From Bacteroidales bacterium (GTDB lineage: Bacteria; Bacteroidota; Bacteroidia; Bacteroidales; JAADJA01): 59,519 bases of DNA. Where the stretch lies: assembly GCA_047920975.1 (NCBI GenBank), contig JBLRXC010000004.1, forward strand, positions 1 to 59,519, given 5' to 3'. Each line of letters starts with the position of its first letter. Within the stretch, counting starts at the first letter, position 1. Below are positions 39,170 through 49,400 of this stretch, piece by piece. A model generated the notes under the pieces. It worked only from the letters and a program-made list of their open reading frames with translations, was not told where the DNA came from and did not search any database. Both the position numbers and the translations under genes were made by a program.

Positions 39170-42100
39170 ATGAGAAAACTTACCCTTTTTCTGGCATTCA
39201 TTTTCATGGGAATGCAACTTTTGCATGCGCAAGAGCGGGAAATATCGGGAACCATTACCGGAGCGGATGATGGCCTGCCAATCCCCGGCGTGCAAATTTT
39301 AGTGAAAGGTACCACGCTGGGTACCGTTTCTGACCTCAGTGGAAATTACAGTCTGCGAGTTCCAGCCTCTGCAACAACACTGATTTATCAATTCGTGGGG
39401 ATGAAATCCCAGGAAGTTGTGATTGGGGACCAGACAGTTATCTCCATAGTCATGGAATCTGCCATTACCGATATTGAAGGGGTGGTGGTGACGGCTATCG
39501 GCATCAAACGTGAAACCAAGGCACTTGGTTATGCAGTCCAGTCTGTAGAATCGGATGCCATCAGCCGTTCCGGAAATACAAACGTACTCAATTCGTTATC
39601 CGGCAAAGTGGCAGGGGTCCAGGTTACCAATTCATCCGGAGCAGCAGGTGCAGCTACATTCGTCACCATTCGTGGCAACGCTTCTATTACGGGAAACAAC
39701 CAGCCCTTGTTCATCATCGACGGTATTCCTATTGATAACTCTCAGTTAACCGGGGGAGATCCCAGAAATGGTGAAAACAACCTGCTCTACGGCGTGGCTT
39801 TATCAAACCGTATGGTTGACCTCAACCCTGAAGACATTGAGTCGATCAACATCCTGAAAGGCGGGGCTGCCACAGCACTTTACGGCCTCCGTGCTGCCAA
39901 CGGCGCCGTGGTCATCAACACCAAAAAAGGAACCGCTGTGGCAGGGAAGAAGTCTTCCATCTCTTTCAATTCTTCAGTGGCATTCGACATGATTTCACAA
40001 ATGCCTGAAATGCAAAACAAATATGCACAGGGTCTTTCCGGGAACTATTCAGTAACAACGCTGAACTGGGGTCCAAGATTGGATACCATGCGTTTTGACG
40101 GGGGAACAAACCTCTATTATCCGCAAGGGAACATCGTACCTCAAAGTCATCCGGACGCAAAAGCAGACCTGAATGTAGGTCCTTATGATGCCATTGACGA
40201 CTTTTTCCAGACAGGGATGACCTATAACAACTCGCTGAGCTTTGCAGGCGGAAGTGATAATTCAACCTATTATCTCTCCATCGGAAATTCAAATGCAACC
40301 GGTGTTGTTCCCAACAACACCTTTAACAGGACAACCCTGTCGCTCGCAGGTGAAACCAAACTGTCGAAGAAATTTGTATCCGATGCACGTATCAGTTATA
40401 CAAACTCGGGTGGTATCAGAATTCAACAAGGATCCAACACATCCGGTGTCATGCTAGCCATCGCACGTATGCCGGCAAACTTCGACATCACAGGCGGTTC
40501 TGACGACCCGGTGAATGATGAAGCATCCTATATGCTGCCTGATGGCCGCCAGCGGAATGCATACAATGGCGGAGGCTATGACAATCCGTTCTGGACAGCC
40601 AATAAGAACCAGTTCCAGGATAAGGTTCACCGTATACAGGGTCATACCGCTTTGACCTACATCACAAACGACTGGCTCAATTTTACTTATCGGATCGGCA
40701 GCGACCTTTACAGCGACATCAGGAATCAGTTTTTTGCCAGGGGATCACGTACAGCCCCCAATGGCAGGGTGTTTGAAGAGCAACATTTTGTCCGCCATTT
40801 CAACAGCGACCTGATGATGACCATCAACCGTAATCTGACAGAAGATATCAACTTTACCGGAATTTTTGGGAACAGCATGTATCAGTTCAACTGGCAGCGA
40901 TTATATACACAGGGTGATAACCTCTTTGTATCTGATTTTTACAATATTTCCAATGCTTCTTCCACATATTCCAATGAATACAAAGAAAAGAAAAGGACTG
41001 CCGCCTTTTATGGTGACCTCGGTTTTTCATTCCGAAGCATGGTCTTTTTGAACATCACAGGCCGAAACGAATGGTCCACCACACTACCTGAAGGTGAAAA
41101 CTCATTCTTCTTCCCTTCATTCAGCGGGTCGTTTGTTTTTACGGAATTACCCGGACTTCAAAACAACAGGATTCTGCCCTTTGGTAAAGTCCGTGCATCT
41201 TATGCCATGATTGCCAATGATGCATTCGCATATGCCACACTGCCCACTTTTGCATCTGCGGCATGGGGCGACGGCTGGACGGATGGCGTCTCCTTCCCGG
41301 GATGGGGAACTGCAGGCTTCAGCATGTCTGCCACACTGCCCAACAACACCCTGAAACCTGAAAAACTGAAATCTTTCGAAGTGGGTGTTGACCTGCGCTT
41401 TATTGAAAACAGACTGGGTCTTGATGTAACTTATTACAGCAACACCAATGAAGACCTGATTCTTTCCGTACCTATTGCAAGATCATCAGGTTACTATTTT
41501 GCCAACATGAATGCCGCCAGTATGGAGAACAAAGGCTGGGAGGTAACTTTGCTCGGCACCCCTGTAAAAACTACAAACTTTAACTGGGATATCGCCGTGA
41601 ACTTTACAAAAAACACCAACGAAGTTCTTGAACTGGCTGAGGGTGTTGACAATGTTTTCCTCGCCGGATTCGTCGGAGCACAGGCCCGTGCCGTTGTGGG
41701 TGAATCATACGGAAGTATCTATGGCGACTACTGGGTAAAACATGACAATGGTGAACGTCTGATCATTGACGATACGGATGATCCTTACTATGGATTCCCC
41801 GTTATGGCCGAAGGTGAAACCAAACTTGGAAACGTATTGCCGGATTGGACGATGGGTATCAACAATATGTTCAAATACAAAGACCTCTACTTATCATTCC
41901 TGTTTGATATCAAACAAGGTGGTGTGATGTGGAACGGAACCAAGGGTGCCATGTACTATTTCGGAACCCATAAGGATACCGAAGCCCGCGAGCCCGGTGA
42001 CACCTATGTTTTTGAAGGCGTTAAATCAGACGGAACTCCAAATGACATTTCAGTTGTCAGGGATGAAAACTGGTATGTATTTGGAGAGGGTAGCGGTTTT

Positions 42101-42370
42101 ACCGGACCAACCGAAGAGTTTATAGAAGAGACCGACTGGGTAAGACTCAGGGAGGTAACTCTGGGTTATTCGTTCAAGAAACTGATCGGTCAGAGTGTGT
42201 TCAACGATGTTGAACTCTATTTTACGGGTCGCAATCTATGGCTGAGCACACCTTATACAGGTGTTGATCCTGAAACAAGTCTGATCGGTGCTCAAAACGG
42301 CCAGGGACTTGAATATTTCAACATGCCCGGAACAAAGACCTTCATGGTTGGATTAAGAGTTACCCTGTAA
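39170..42370 (+). CDS. SusC/RagA family TonB-dependent transporter
   Basis: VVVTAIGIKRE, IRGNASITGNNQPLFIIDG, DLNPEDIESINILKGGAATALYGLRAANGAVVINTKKG, YTGVDPE. Confidence 0.96.
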   Translation: MRKLTLFLAFIFMGMQLLHAQEREISGTITGADDGLPIPGVQILVKGTTLGTVSDLSGNYSLRVPASATTLIYQFVGMKSQEVVIGDQTVISIVMESAITDIEGVVVTAIGIKRETKALGYAVQSVESDAISRSGNTNVLNSLSGKVAGVQVTNSSGAAGAATFVTIRGNASITGNNQPLFIIDGIPIDNSQLTGGDPRNGENNLLYGVALSNRMVDLNPEDIESINILKGGAATALYGLRAANGAVVINTKKGTAVAGKKSSISFNSSVAFDMISQMPEMQNKYAQGLSGNYSVTTLNWGPRLDTMRFDGGTNLYYPQGNIVPQSHPDAKADLNVGPYDAIDDFFQTGMTYNNSLSFAGGSDNSTYYLSIGNSNATGVVPNNTFNRTTLSLAGETKLSKKFVSDARISYTNSGGIRIQQGSNTSGVMLAIARMPANFDITGGSDDPVNDEASYMLPDGRQRNAYNGGGYDNPFWTANKNQFQDKVHRIQGHTALTYITNDWLNFTYRIGSDLYSDIRNQFFARGSRTAPNGRVFEEQHFVRHFNSDLMMTINRNLTEDINFTGIFGNSMYQFNWQRLYTQGDNLFVSDFYNISNASSTYSNEYKEKKRTAAFYGDLGFSFRSMVFLNITGRNEWSTTLPEGENSFFFPSFSGSFVFTELPGLQNNRILPFGKVRASYAMIANDAFAYATLPTFASAAWGDGWTDGVSFPGWGTAGFSMSATLPNNTLKPEKLKSFEVGVDLRFIENRLGLDVTYYSNTNEDLILSVPIARSSGYYFANMNAASMENKGWEVTLLGTPVKTTNFNWDIAVNFTKNTNEVLELAEGVDNVFLAGFVGAQARAVVGESYGSIYGDYWVKHDNGERLIIDDTDDPYYGFPVMAEGETKLGNVLPDWTMGINNMFKYKDLYLSFLFDIKQGGVMWNGTKGAMYYFGTHKDTEAREPGDTYVFEGVKSDGTPNDISVVRDENWYVFGEGSGFTGPTEEFIEETDWVRLREVTLGYSFKKLIGQSVFNDVELYFTGRNLWLSTPYTGVDPETSLIGAQNGQGLEYFNMPGTKTFMVGLRVTL

Positions 42371-42409
42371 TAGTTTATGAAAAATCAAGAATATAAAAAA
42401 CACAACAAT

Positions 42410-43795
42410 ATGAAAAAAATAAATTTCAGAAAGATAGGAATCCTGCTAACCCTAGCATTTTTCTTGAATTCCTGCGAGAAATGGATCGACCCTGAAATCA
42501 ATGTTGATCCAAATGTACCGGCAGATGTGAACCTGAATCTGTTGCTTCCGTCATCACAGGCAGGCATAGCCTATGCTTTTGGAGGCGACCACAGCAGAAC
42601 TTCTGCCATGTGGATGCAGCACCTCTCAGGTGTTGACCGTCAGTCCTTCGCACTCGAAAGATACTCCGTGCTTGAGTCAGATAACAATAACCTTTGGAAC
42701 ACGCTCTATGGAGGAGCCCTCAAAAACCTGGTCATAATGATTGACAAAGGGGATGAACAGGGAGCCATTCATTACACCGCTGTTGCCAAAATCCTGACTG
42801 CCTTCACACTCGGCATTATCACTGATGTATGGAATGATGCACCCTATTCAGACGCTCTGAGAGGAGAAGACGGCAATCTCACTGCACAATTTGACACTCA
42901 GGAGCAGCTTTACAACACGATGAACAGCTACCTCAATGATGCCATTGCCCTTTTGGGCCAGGAATCACCCACAGGAGTGCCTGTACCAGGAAATGACGAC
43001 CTGATGTACCAGGGAAATACTGCTAAATGGATGAAACTTGCCAAAGCTCTGAAAGTAAGGTATGCGTTGCACCTCTCCAACCGGACAAACGATTATTCAA
43101 CGGTCAGAGCCCTGATCAATGAAGGTGGTTTAATGACTGAGGTTGCTGACAATTTCACTTTTAATTTTTCAACTGCTGCCAATGAATGGAATCCACGCTA
43201 TCAATTTGACTCCGACAGGGGTGATATCCGGGTTGGAAAAAGAATCGTTGACCTGATGAATGCCACCAATGATCCAAGACGTCCGGTTTACTTCGACACC
43301 AAAGGCGCCGAAGAATACATCGGTTCAGGACCTGGTGAGGCACTTGTTACGGCTGCATGGGCAGGACCTGGTTATGCTTCTCAAGGCTCACCGGTATTCT
43401 TCTTTCCTTACTTTGAGCAGTTGTTTATTGAAGCTGAAGCTTTCTTTGGTAATGATAACGGAAGAGCTGCCGCAGCTTACAATGCAGGCGTAATGGCTTC
43501 ACTTGCAACCCATGGAATCAGTGATCCTGACTGGGAGGCAGCCAATGCCGCTGAAACTGCAGGTACAATTACTATGGAGAAGATCATGATCGGGAAATAC
43601 ATCGCCATGTTCCTCCATTCAGAGACATGGACGGACTGGAGGAGAACCAATATGCCCAGTCTGACTGCCCCTGCTGCTGCGCAAACGGCAACACCCAGAA
43701 GGTATCTCTACACAACAGATGAGATTAATTACAACGGTGCAAATGTTCCAACCGGACAGACCTCAACGAGTCGTGTCTGGTGGGATGTACCATAA
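42410..43795 (+). CDS. SusD/RagB family lipoprotein
   Basis: Lipobox FLNSC, INVDPN, TDVWNDAPYSDAL, DPRRP, WTDWRRT, RVWWD; follows susC. Confidence 0.93.
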   Translation: MKKINFRKIGILLTLAFFLNSCEKWIDPEINVDPNVPADVNLNLLLPSSQAGIAYAFGGDHSRTSAMWMQHLSGVDRQSFALERYSVLESDNNNLWNTLYGGALKNLVIMIDKGDEQGAIHYTAVAKILTAFTLGIITDVWNDAPYSDALRGEDGNLTAQFDTQEQLYNTMNSYLNDAIALLGQESPTGVPVPGNDDLMYQGNTAKWMKLAKALKVRYALHLSNRTNDYSTVRALINEGGLMTEVADNFTFNFSTAANEWNPRYQFDSDRGDIRVGKRIVDLMNATNDPRRPVYFDTKGAEEYIGSGPGEALVTAAWAGPGYASQGSPVFFFPYFEQLFIEAEAFFGNDNGRAAAAYNAGVMASLATHGISDPDWEAANAAETAGTITMEKIMIGKYIAMFLHSETWTDWRRTNMPSLTAPAAAQTATPRRYLYTTDEINYNGANVPTGQTSTSRVWWDVP

Positions 43796-43811
43796 TAATT
43801 TTATAACACAG

Positions 43812-43848
43812 AAAAAAAAGCCGTCTCTGTTTCAGGACGGCTTTTTTA
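43812..43848 (+). terminator. Intrinsic (bidirectional) terminator after susD
   Basis: AAAAAAAAGCCGTC...GACGGCTTTTTT. Confidence 0.85.
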
Positions 43849-44106
43849 TTATAGAAACTGCAGCCCCGCTGTCAAACAATTCTTTAAGTATTTAATCATA
43901 AATATTGCGGTCTTCCCGTCGATCTCTCCAAATCCATGGAAACAGGATGATGCTTGTATAAAAATCAAAACCGGAGCAACCGCTCCTTCCTGAAACAATA
44001 GTCAAGGCCATTTCAAATACCAATTAACCCGGAACCAAAATTCTCGTAAACTTATCACTCTGGCAGAATTTAACTTTGTTATAACTAACCAACCCTACCC
44101 ATTCAC

Positions 44107-44114
44107 TATCTTTG
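44107..44114 (+). promoter_or_regulatory. Bacteroidota -7 promoter element (TATCTTTG) for the TreS-like operon
   Basis: TAnnTTTG about 20 bp upstream of ATG 44134. Confidence 0.65.
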
Positions 44115-44133
44115 CACCTCAAAAATTTGATTC

Positions 44134-45861
44134 ATGGAATTATTAAAAACCTTGTCTAAATATTGGAATGAGCTTTATCCCGGTCAGTCCGATCAAACGT
44201 TGCAAGCTTTTATTAAGGAGATTGACAAAGTCAGGGACCAGATAACAGATCCCCCTAACCAACCTGAATGGTACAAGGATGCCATTGTTTATTCGCTCTA
44301 TGTTGACCTGTTCAATCACGATTTCAATGGGTTGAAGGAAAAACTCGATTACCTGCAGGAGCTCGGCGTCAATTGCATTTGGCTGTTACCAATACTGGAT
44401 TCTCCCATGAAAGATGCCGGGTTTGATATCAGGAATTACGACCGCATCCGGACTGATCTGCTTGGGCTGCCGGAGAATGCTCCCCTTGACAAACAGCAGG
44501 AAGTATTTCGCGAATTTCTTGAAGAAGCACACAAACGCGGTCTGAAAGTGATCTTCGACATCGCCATCAACCACACTTCGGAAGAGCACCCCTGGTTTGT
44601 TGAGTCACGCAAAGGGGTTGACAATCCGTTCCGTGATTATTACATCTGGTCAAGGGATACGAGCCTTTACAAAGAGGCGCGCATCATCTTTGAGGGGCTT
44701 TGTGAAAGCAACTGGGAAAAGGATGGCGAATGGTACTATTTCCATCGCTTCTTTGAGTTCCAGCCCGACCTGAATTACAAAAACCCGGAAGTACTGCTCG
44801 CCATGACCCGGAATTTCCTTTTCTGGCTCATCCAGGGAGTGGATGGCTTCAGGGCGGATGCCATACCTTATCTGTGGAAAGAGGAGCGAACCAATTGCGA
44901 GAACCTTCCCAAAACCCATACTGTGGTGAAGTTTTTCAGGGCTGTCCTCGATTATGTCAGACCGCACACCCTGCTGCTTGCTGAGGCCTGCCAGAAACCG
45001 CATGATGTGGTGAAATATTTCGGTGACGGGGATGAGTGCAACGCCGGTTACCATTTTCCACTGATGCCGATGATCTTTAAAGCGCTTGCAGCCGGCAGCA
45101 GTGAACCGGTATCGAATATTCTAAGTCCTGCCGTTACTCCGGCCATCCCTGAATCGGCCCAATGGTTCACCTTTCTCAGGTGTCACGATGAACTGAGCCT
45201 GGAGTTGGTTTACGTTTCAGAAGAAGACCGGAAATATATCCATGATAACTATTGCCATGAGCCGCTTTGGAACTTCCGGCTGGGACAGGGTGTTGCAGCC
45301 AGGCTTTCAGAATTGCTCCAGCGCGACCCGGAAAGGATCGGGCTGGCCTATTCCATTATGCTAACACTGCCTGGGACGCCAATTATTTACTATGGAGATG
45401 AATTCGGTAAACTCAATGATGAAAATTATTACCATGAAATGATCAAGCTGACCGGTAAAGATGACACCAGGTTCCTGGTGAGGGGCAAACTGGATTGGAA
45501 TGCATTGGAGAACCAGTTGAAAAACCCGGATTCCTTTTCAGCAAAGGTATTTAACCAGGTGAAAAAGTTGGTGAAAACAAGAAGTCGTTATAAATGTTTC
45601 GGAAGAGGTAGTATTGACTGGGTAGATGTGAAAGACAGAACAGGAAACAAAAAGATGGAAATCCTTGCATTCGTGCGTCAATTTGAGGGGGAAAAAGTAC
45701 TGGTGCTGAACAATCTGAGCGACAAAGAGCAATGGATCCGGATGGCTGATCTGGGAGAAAATGGTTTTAAGGAAATTTTGGGCCAGGAGATCGTTACCGG
45801 AAAAGAAAGCGGGCATTTGCAACTGAAGGGGTATGGGTATTTGTGGATGAGGTTGGAATGA
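44134..45861 (+). CDS. GH13 trehalose synthase (TreS)-like alpha-glucosyltransferase
   Basis: WYKDAIVY, FHRFFEFQPDLNY, catalytic DGFRADAIPYL / LLAEACQ / FLRCHDELSLE, LPGTPIIYYGDE; no signal peptide. Confidence 0.82.
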   Translation: MELLKTLSKYWNELYPGQSDQTLQAFIKEIDKVRDQITDPPNQPEWYKDAIVYSLYVDLFNHDFNGLKEKLDYLQELGVNCIWLLPILDSPMKDAGFDIRNYDRIRTDLLGLPENAPLDKQQEVFREFLEEAHKRGLKVIFDIAINHTSEEHPWFVESRKGVDNPFRDYYIWSRDTSLYKEARIIFEGLCESNWEKDGEWYYFHRFFEFQPDLNYKNPEVLLAMTRNFLFWLIQGVDGFRADAIPYLWKEERTNCENLPKTHTVVKFFRAVLDYVRPHTLLLAEACQKPHDVVKYFGDGDECNAGYHFPLMPMIFKALAAGSSEPVSNILSPAVTPAIPESAQWFTFLRCHDELSLELVYVSEEDRKYIHDNYCHEPLWNFRLGQGVAARLSELLQRDPERIGLAYSIMLTLPGTPIIYYGDEFGKLNDENYYHEMIKLTGKDDTRFLVRGKLDWNALENQLKNPDSFSAKVFNQVKKLVKTRSRYKCFGRGSIDWVDVKDRTGNKKMEILAFVRQFEGEKVLVLNNLSDKEQWIRMADLGENGFKEILGQEIVTGKESGHLQLKGYGYLWMRLE

Positions 45862-45867
45862 GAGGAC

Positions 45868-45956
45868 GGAATTCAGAATTCAGAGTCCAGAATTCAGAAG
45901 AAAGAATTATAGAAGACTGAAATAGATTATAGAATGGAGAATACAGAATATAGCAT
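45868..45956 (+). repeat. Left heptamer array (consensus AGAAT(T/A)C, about 12 degenerate units)
   Basis: GGAATTC AGAATTC AGAGTCC AGAATTC AGAAGAA ... AGATTAT AGAATGG AGAATAC AGAATAT. Confidence 0.9.
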
Positions 45957-45965
45957 CAACAAGAT

Positions 45966-46343
45966 ATGAACAGACCGCCGGCAAAGTGTTTTATGGATCT
46001 GACGGTGTGGCAGAAGGCGCATGAGCTTGTTTTACTTGTGTATCAGTTTAGTGATCATTTTCCAAAAAAGGAGATTTTTGGTTTGACTTCGCAGTTGAGA
46101 CGTTCTACTGTTTCAGTCGCCGCAAACATTGCCGAGGGGTTTAAAAAAAGAGGGAAGCCAGATAAAATGAGGTTTATGAATATTGCCCAGGGCTCATTGG
46201 AGGAAACCCGGTATTACCTGATCCTCGCAAATGACCTTAAATACGGCGATACTAAGATACTCATGAATCACCTGGAGGAAGTCAGCAAGCTACTTGAAGC
46301 ATACAGAAATGCAATCAATCCATACAAACCGCCTGAATTCTGA
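45966..46343 (+). CDS. Four helix bundle protein (23S rRNA IVP / TIGR02436, Avd-like fold)
   Basis: FMDLTVWQKAHELVLLVY, FPKKEIFGLTSQLRRSTVSVAANIAEG, FMNIAQGSLEETRYYLILANDLKY. Confidence 0.95.
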   Translation: MNRPPAKCFMDLTVWQKAHELVLLVYQFSDHFPKKEIFGLTSQLRRSTVSVAANIAEGFKKRGKPDKMRFMNIAQGSLEETRYYLILANDLKYGDTKILMNHLEEVSKLLEAYRNAINPYKPPEF

Positions 46344-46430
46344 GTCTGGATTCTGGATTTGGATTCCGACTTCTGGCTTCTGTATTCTGTATTCTGAATC
46401 CCGGGTTCTGAGTTCAGAGTTCAGAGTTCC
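46334..46430 (+). repeat. Right heptamer array (consensus TG(G/T/A)ATTC, about 14 units), inverted relative to the left array
   Basis: TGAATTC TGAGTC TGGATTC TGGATT TGGATTC CGACTTC TGGCTTC TGTATTC TGTATTC TGAATCC CGGGTTC TGAGTTC AGAGTTC AGAGTTC. Confidence 0.9.
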
Positions 46431-46471
46431 CAAAAAAAACAAACGCATTACTACAGATAAATATAAACAAC

Positions 46472-49400
46472 ATGTCACAAAACAATTTCGAAGCAGTAAT
46501 CTTTGACCTTGATGGTGTTATCACTAAAACGGCTTTGGTTCACAGTGCAGCCTGGAAAAAGATGTTTGATGAATATCTTATTGATCGAGAAAAGAAGTAT
46601 AAGGAGCCGTTCAGGGAGTTTCTGCATGAAACGGACTACCTGCCTTATGTTGACGGAAAGCCCAGGTATAAAGGCGTGGAATCTTTCCTGCAATCCCGGG
46701 GAATCAATATTCCTTTTGGCACTCCTGAAGATGAACCGGGCAAAGAGACTGTCTGCGGGTTGGGAAACCGGAAAAATCAGGCATTCAATCAAGTTCTCGA
46801 AAAGGAAGGAGTTGAGGTATATGAATCAACAGTTGAATTGATCAGAAACCTGAAAAGCAGAGGAATCAGGGTAGGTGTGGCGTCATCCAGCAAAAACTGC
46901 AGGGCGGTACTTGAAAGAGCCGGCTTATTGCATCTGTTTGAGACGCGCGTGGATGGAGAGGTGTCAGCAGAACTTGGCCTCAAGGGAAAACCTGAACCGG
47001 ATATTTTCACGGTAGCTGCGGATAATCTGAAGGCTTCTTATGACAGGGCTGTTGTTGTTGAGGATGCCGTGTCGGGCGTACAAGCCGGGAGGGCCGGGAA
47101 TTTTGGCCTGGTGCTTGGGATTGCCCGCGAAGAGAATGAAAAAGAACTAATGGTCAACGGAGCAGATATCGTTGTGAAAGATATTGAAGAGATCGGCCTG
47201 GAAGGCATCGAAAACTGGTTTAAGGGTGGATTGGAAAAAGACAACTGGAGTATCACTTACAATGATTACATTCCTGAAAAAGAGAAGACTAGGGAAACAC
47301 TGCTTGCGATTGGTAACGGATATTTTGGTACGCGCGGGGCTTTAGAAGAGACAGATGCAGGTGAGAACAACTACCCTGGAACCTATATCGCCGGACTGTA
47401 TAACCGGCTTGTGAGCAAAGTTGAGGACTGGGATATCGAAAACGAAGACTTCGTGAACTGTCCAAACTGGCTTTCCATCCGGTTCAGTATTGGACCAGAA
47501 GAGCCGGTGAATTTCAGCAGAGTCAGGATCAATCATATTGAAAGAAAACTGGATATTAAAACAGGGTTGCTCACCAGAAACATCCTCATTGAAGATACCC
47601 ATGGACGCCAGACACATATCCGATCCGAACGGTTTGCGGGTATGGATAATCCGCATCTTGCAGCCATGCGCTATGAGATAACACCTGTCAATTATTCAGA
47701 AAAGATCACCGTGATTTCAGGACTGAACGGCGACATCATCAATGACGGGGTAGCACGCTACAGGCAACTCAACCAGCAGCATCTCAGACCCTCACTGACA
47801 GGGCACAATGGAAACCTCTCGTGGCTCTCGGTTGAGACTACACACTCAGCCATTGAGATAGCGGAGGAAGCTAGGCTCGAGGTTTTGTATGACAATGAAA
47901 AGATCAATCCTGAATTCACCTTTGATGAAAAACCGGGCGCCATCTATACCGAATTTGAAGTTCCGGTTGAAATGGGCAAAACACTCACGGTCGAAAAAGT
48001 GATTGCCCTCTTTACTTCTATGCACTGGGATACCGCGGATCCGCTGAATGAAGCAAAAGAGATGATCCGGGAGGCACCCGGGTTCCAGAGCTTGCTTGTT
48101 AAGAGCAAACTCAAATGGTCAGAGATCTGGCAAAAGATTGATGTCCGGATTGAAGGAGACCGGCTCACTCAGAAATTACTCAGGTTACATTTATATCACC
48201 TTGTGATCTCATTTTCTCCGCACAATGTGAATATTGATGCAAGCATCACAGCAAGAGGGCTGCATGGTGAGGCATATCGGGGTCATATCTTTTGGGATGA
48301 GCTCTTCATATTACCGTTCTACAACATCCATTTTCCGGAGGTAGTGAAAGCTGCACTTTTGTACAGGTACAAAAGACTTCCGGAGGCCAGAAAATATGCA
48401 CAGCAACACGGTTACAATGGGGCTATGTTCCCCTGGCAAAGCGGCAGCAACGGCAGGGAGGAAACGCAGGTGGTTCACCTCAATCCACTGACAGGGAAAT
48501 GGGGTAATGACTACAGTTCGCTGCAAAGGCATGTATCGCTGGCGATTGCTTACAACATCTGGCAATATTTTCATACCTCCGAAGACATAAGGTTTATGGA
48601 AAATTACGGCGCTGAAATGTTTTTTGAAATCTGCCGCTTCTGGGCAAGTAAATCGAAATTCAATGAGGTAACAGGCAGGTATGAGATCAAAAATGTGATG
48701 GGTCCCGATGAATTCCACGAAAGTTATCCCGGCGCTGAGGATGGAGGTTTGAAAGACAACACCTATACGAACCTGATGGTCGCTTGGCTGTTCCGCCGGG
48801 CATCCGACCTGATGGAAAAGACATCCGCTGTCAGGAACACCCTCATGACAAAGATCGGTTTGACCACAGATGAGGTCAGCCATTGGAAAGAGATCGCGGG
48901 CAAGGTAAACATAGTGATCCAGGATGACATCCTTGCACAGTATGACGGCTATTTTGAACTGAAGGAACTCGACTGGGATCATTACCGGGAGAAATATGGC
49001 AATATTTACAGGATGGACCGCCTGCTGAATGCGGAAGGCAAATCGGCCGACGAATACAAAGTGGCCAAGCAGGCCGACACGCTGCAAACATTCTATAATC
49101 TGGATGAAAAAGAGGTCACAGAGATGCTTAAAGAACTTGGCTATGATCTTCCTGAAAATTACCTTGCCAAAAATCTGGAATATTACCTCCAAAGGACATC
49201 CCATGGCTCTACCCTGAGCCGCGTGGTGCATGCACAGTTGGCCAACATGATCAGTAACAAAAAGCTCAGTTGGGAACTTTACCTGGATGCCCTGACCAGC
49301 GACTATGCTGACATCCAGGGAGGAACAACAGGCGAAGGCATCCATGCGGGGGTGATGGCTGGCACCGTGCTGATCGCCCTGCAATCGTTTGCCGGCCTCG

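Noticed and set aside
45966-46343. Diversity-generating retroelement, reading the four-helix protein as Avd
   Set aside because: No reverse transcriptase and no TR/VR pair differing at adenines was seen in the window.
45862-46471. 23S rRNA intervening sequence
   Set aside because: The flanks are protein-coding genes; no rRNA sequence is present.
46290-46506. Short ORFs 46290-46478 (-) and 46294-46506 (+)
   Set aside because: They are translations of the heptamer array (SEFR/ILYS-type periodic peptides), not credible genes.
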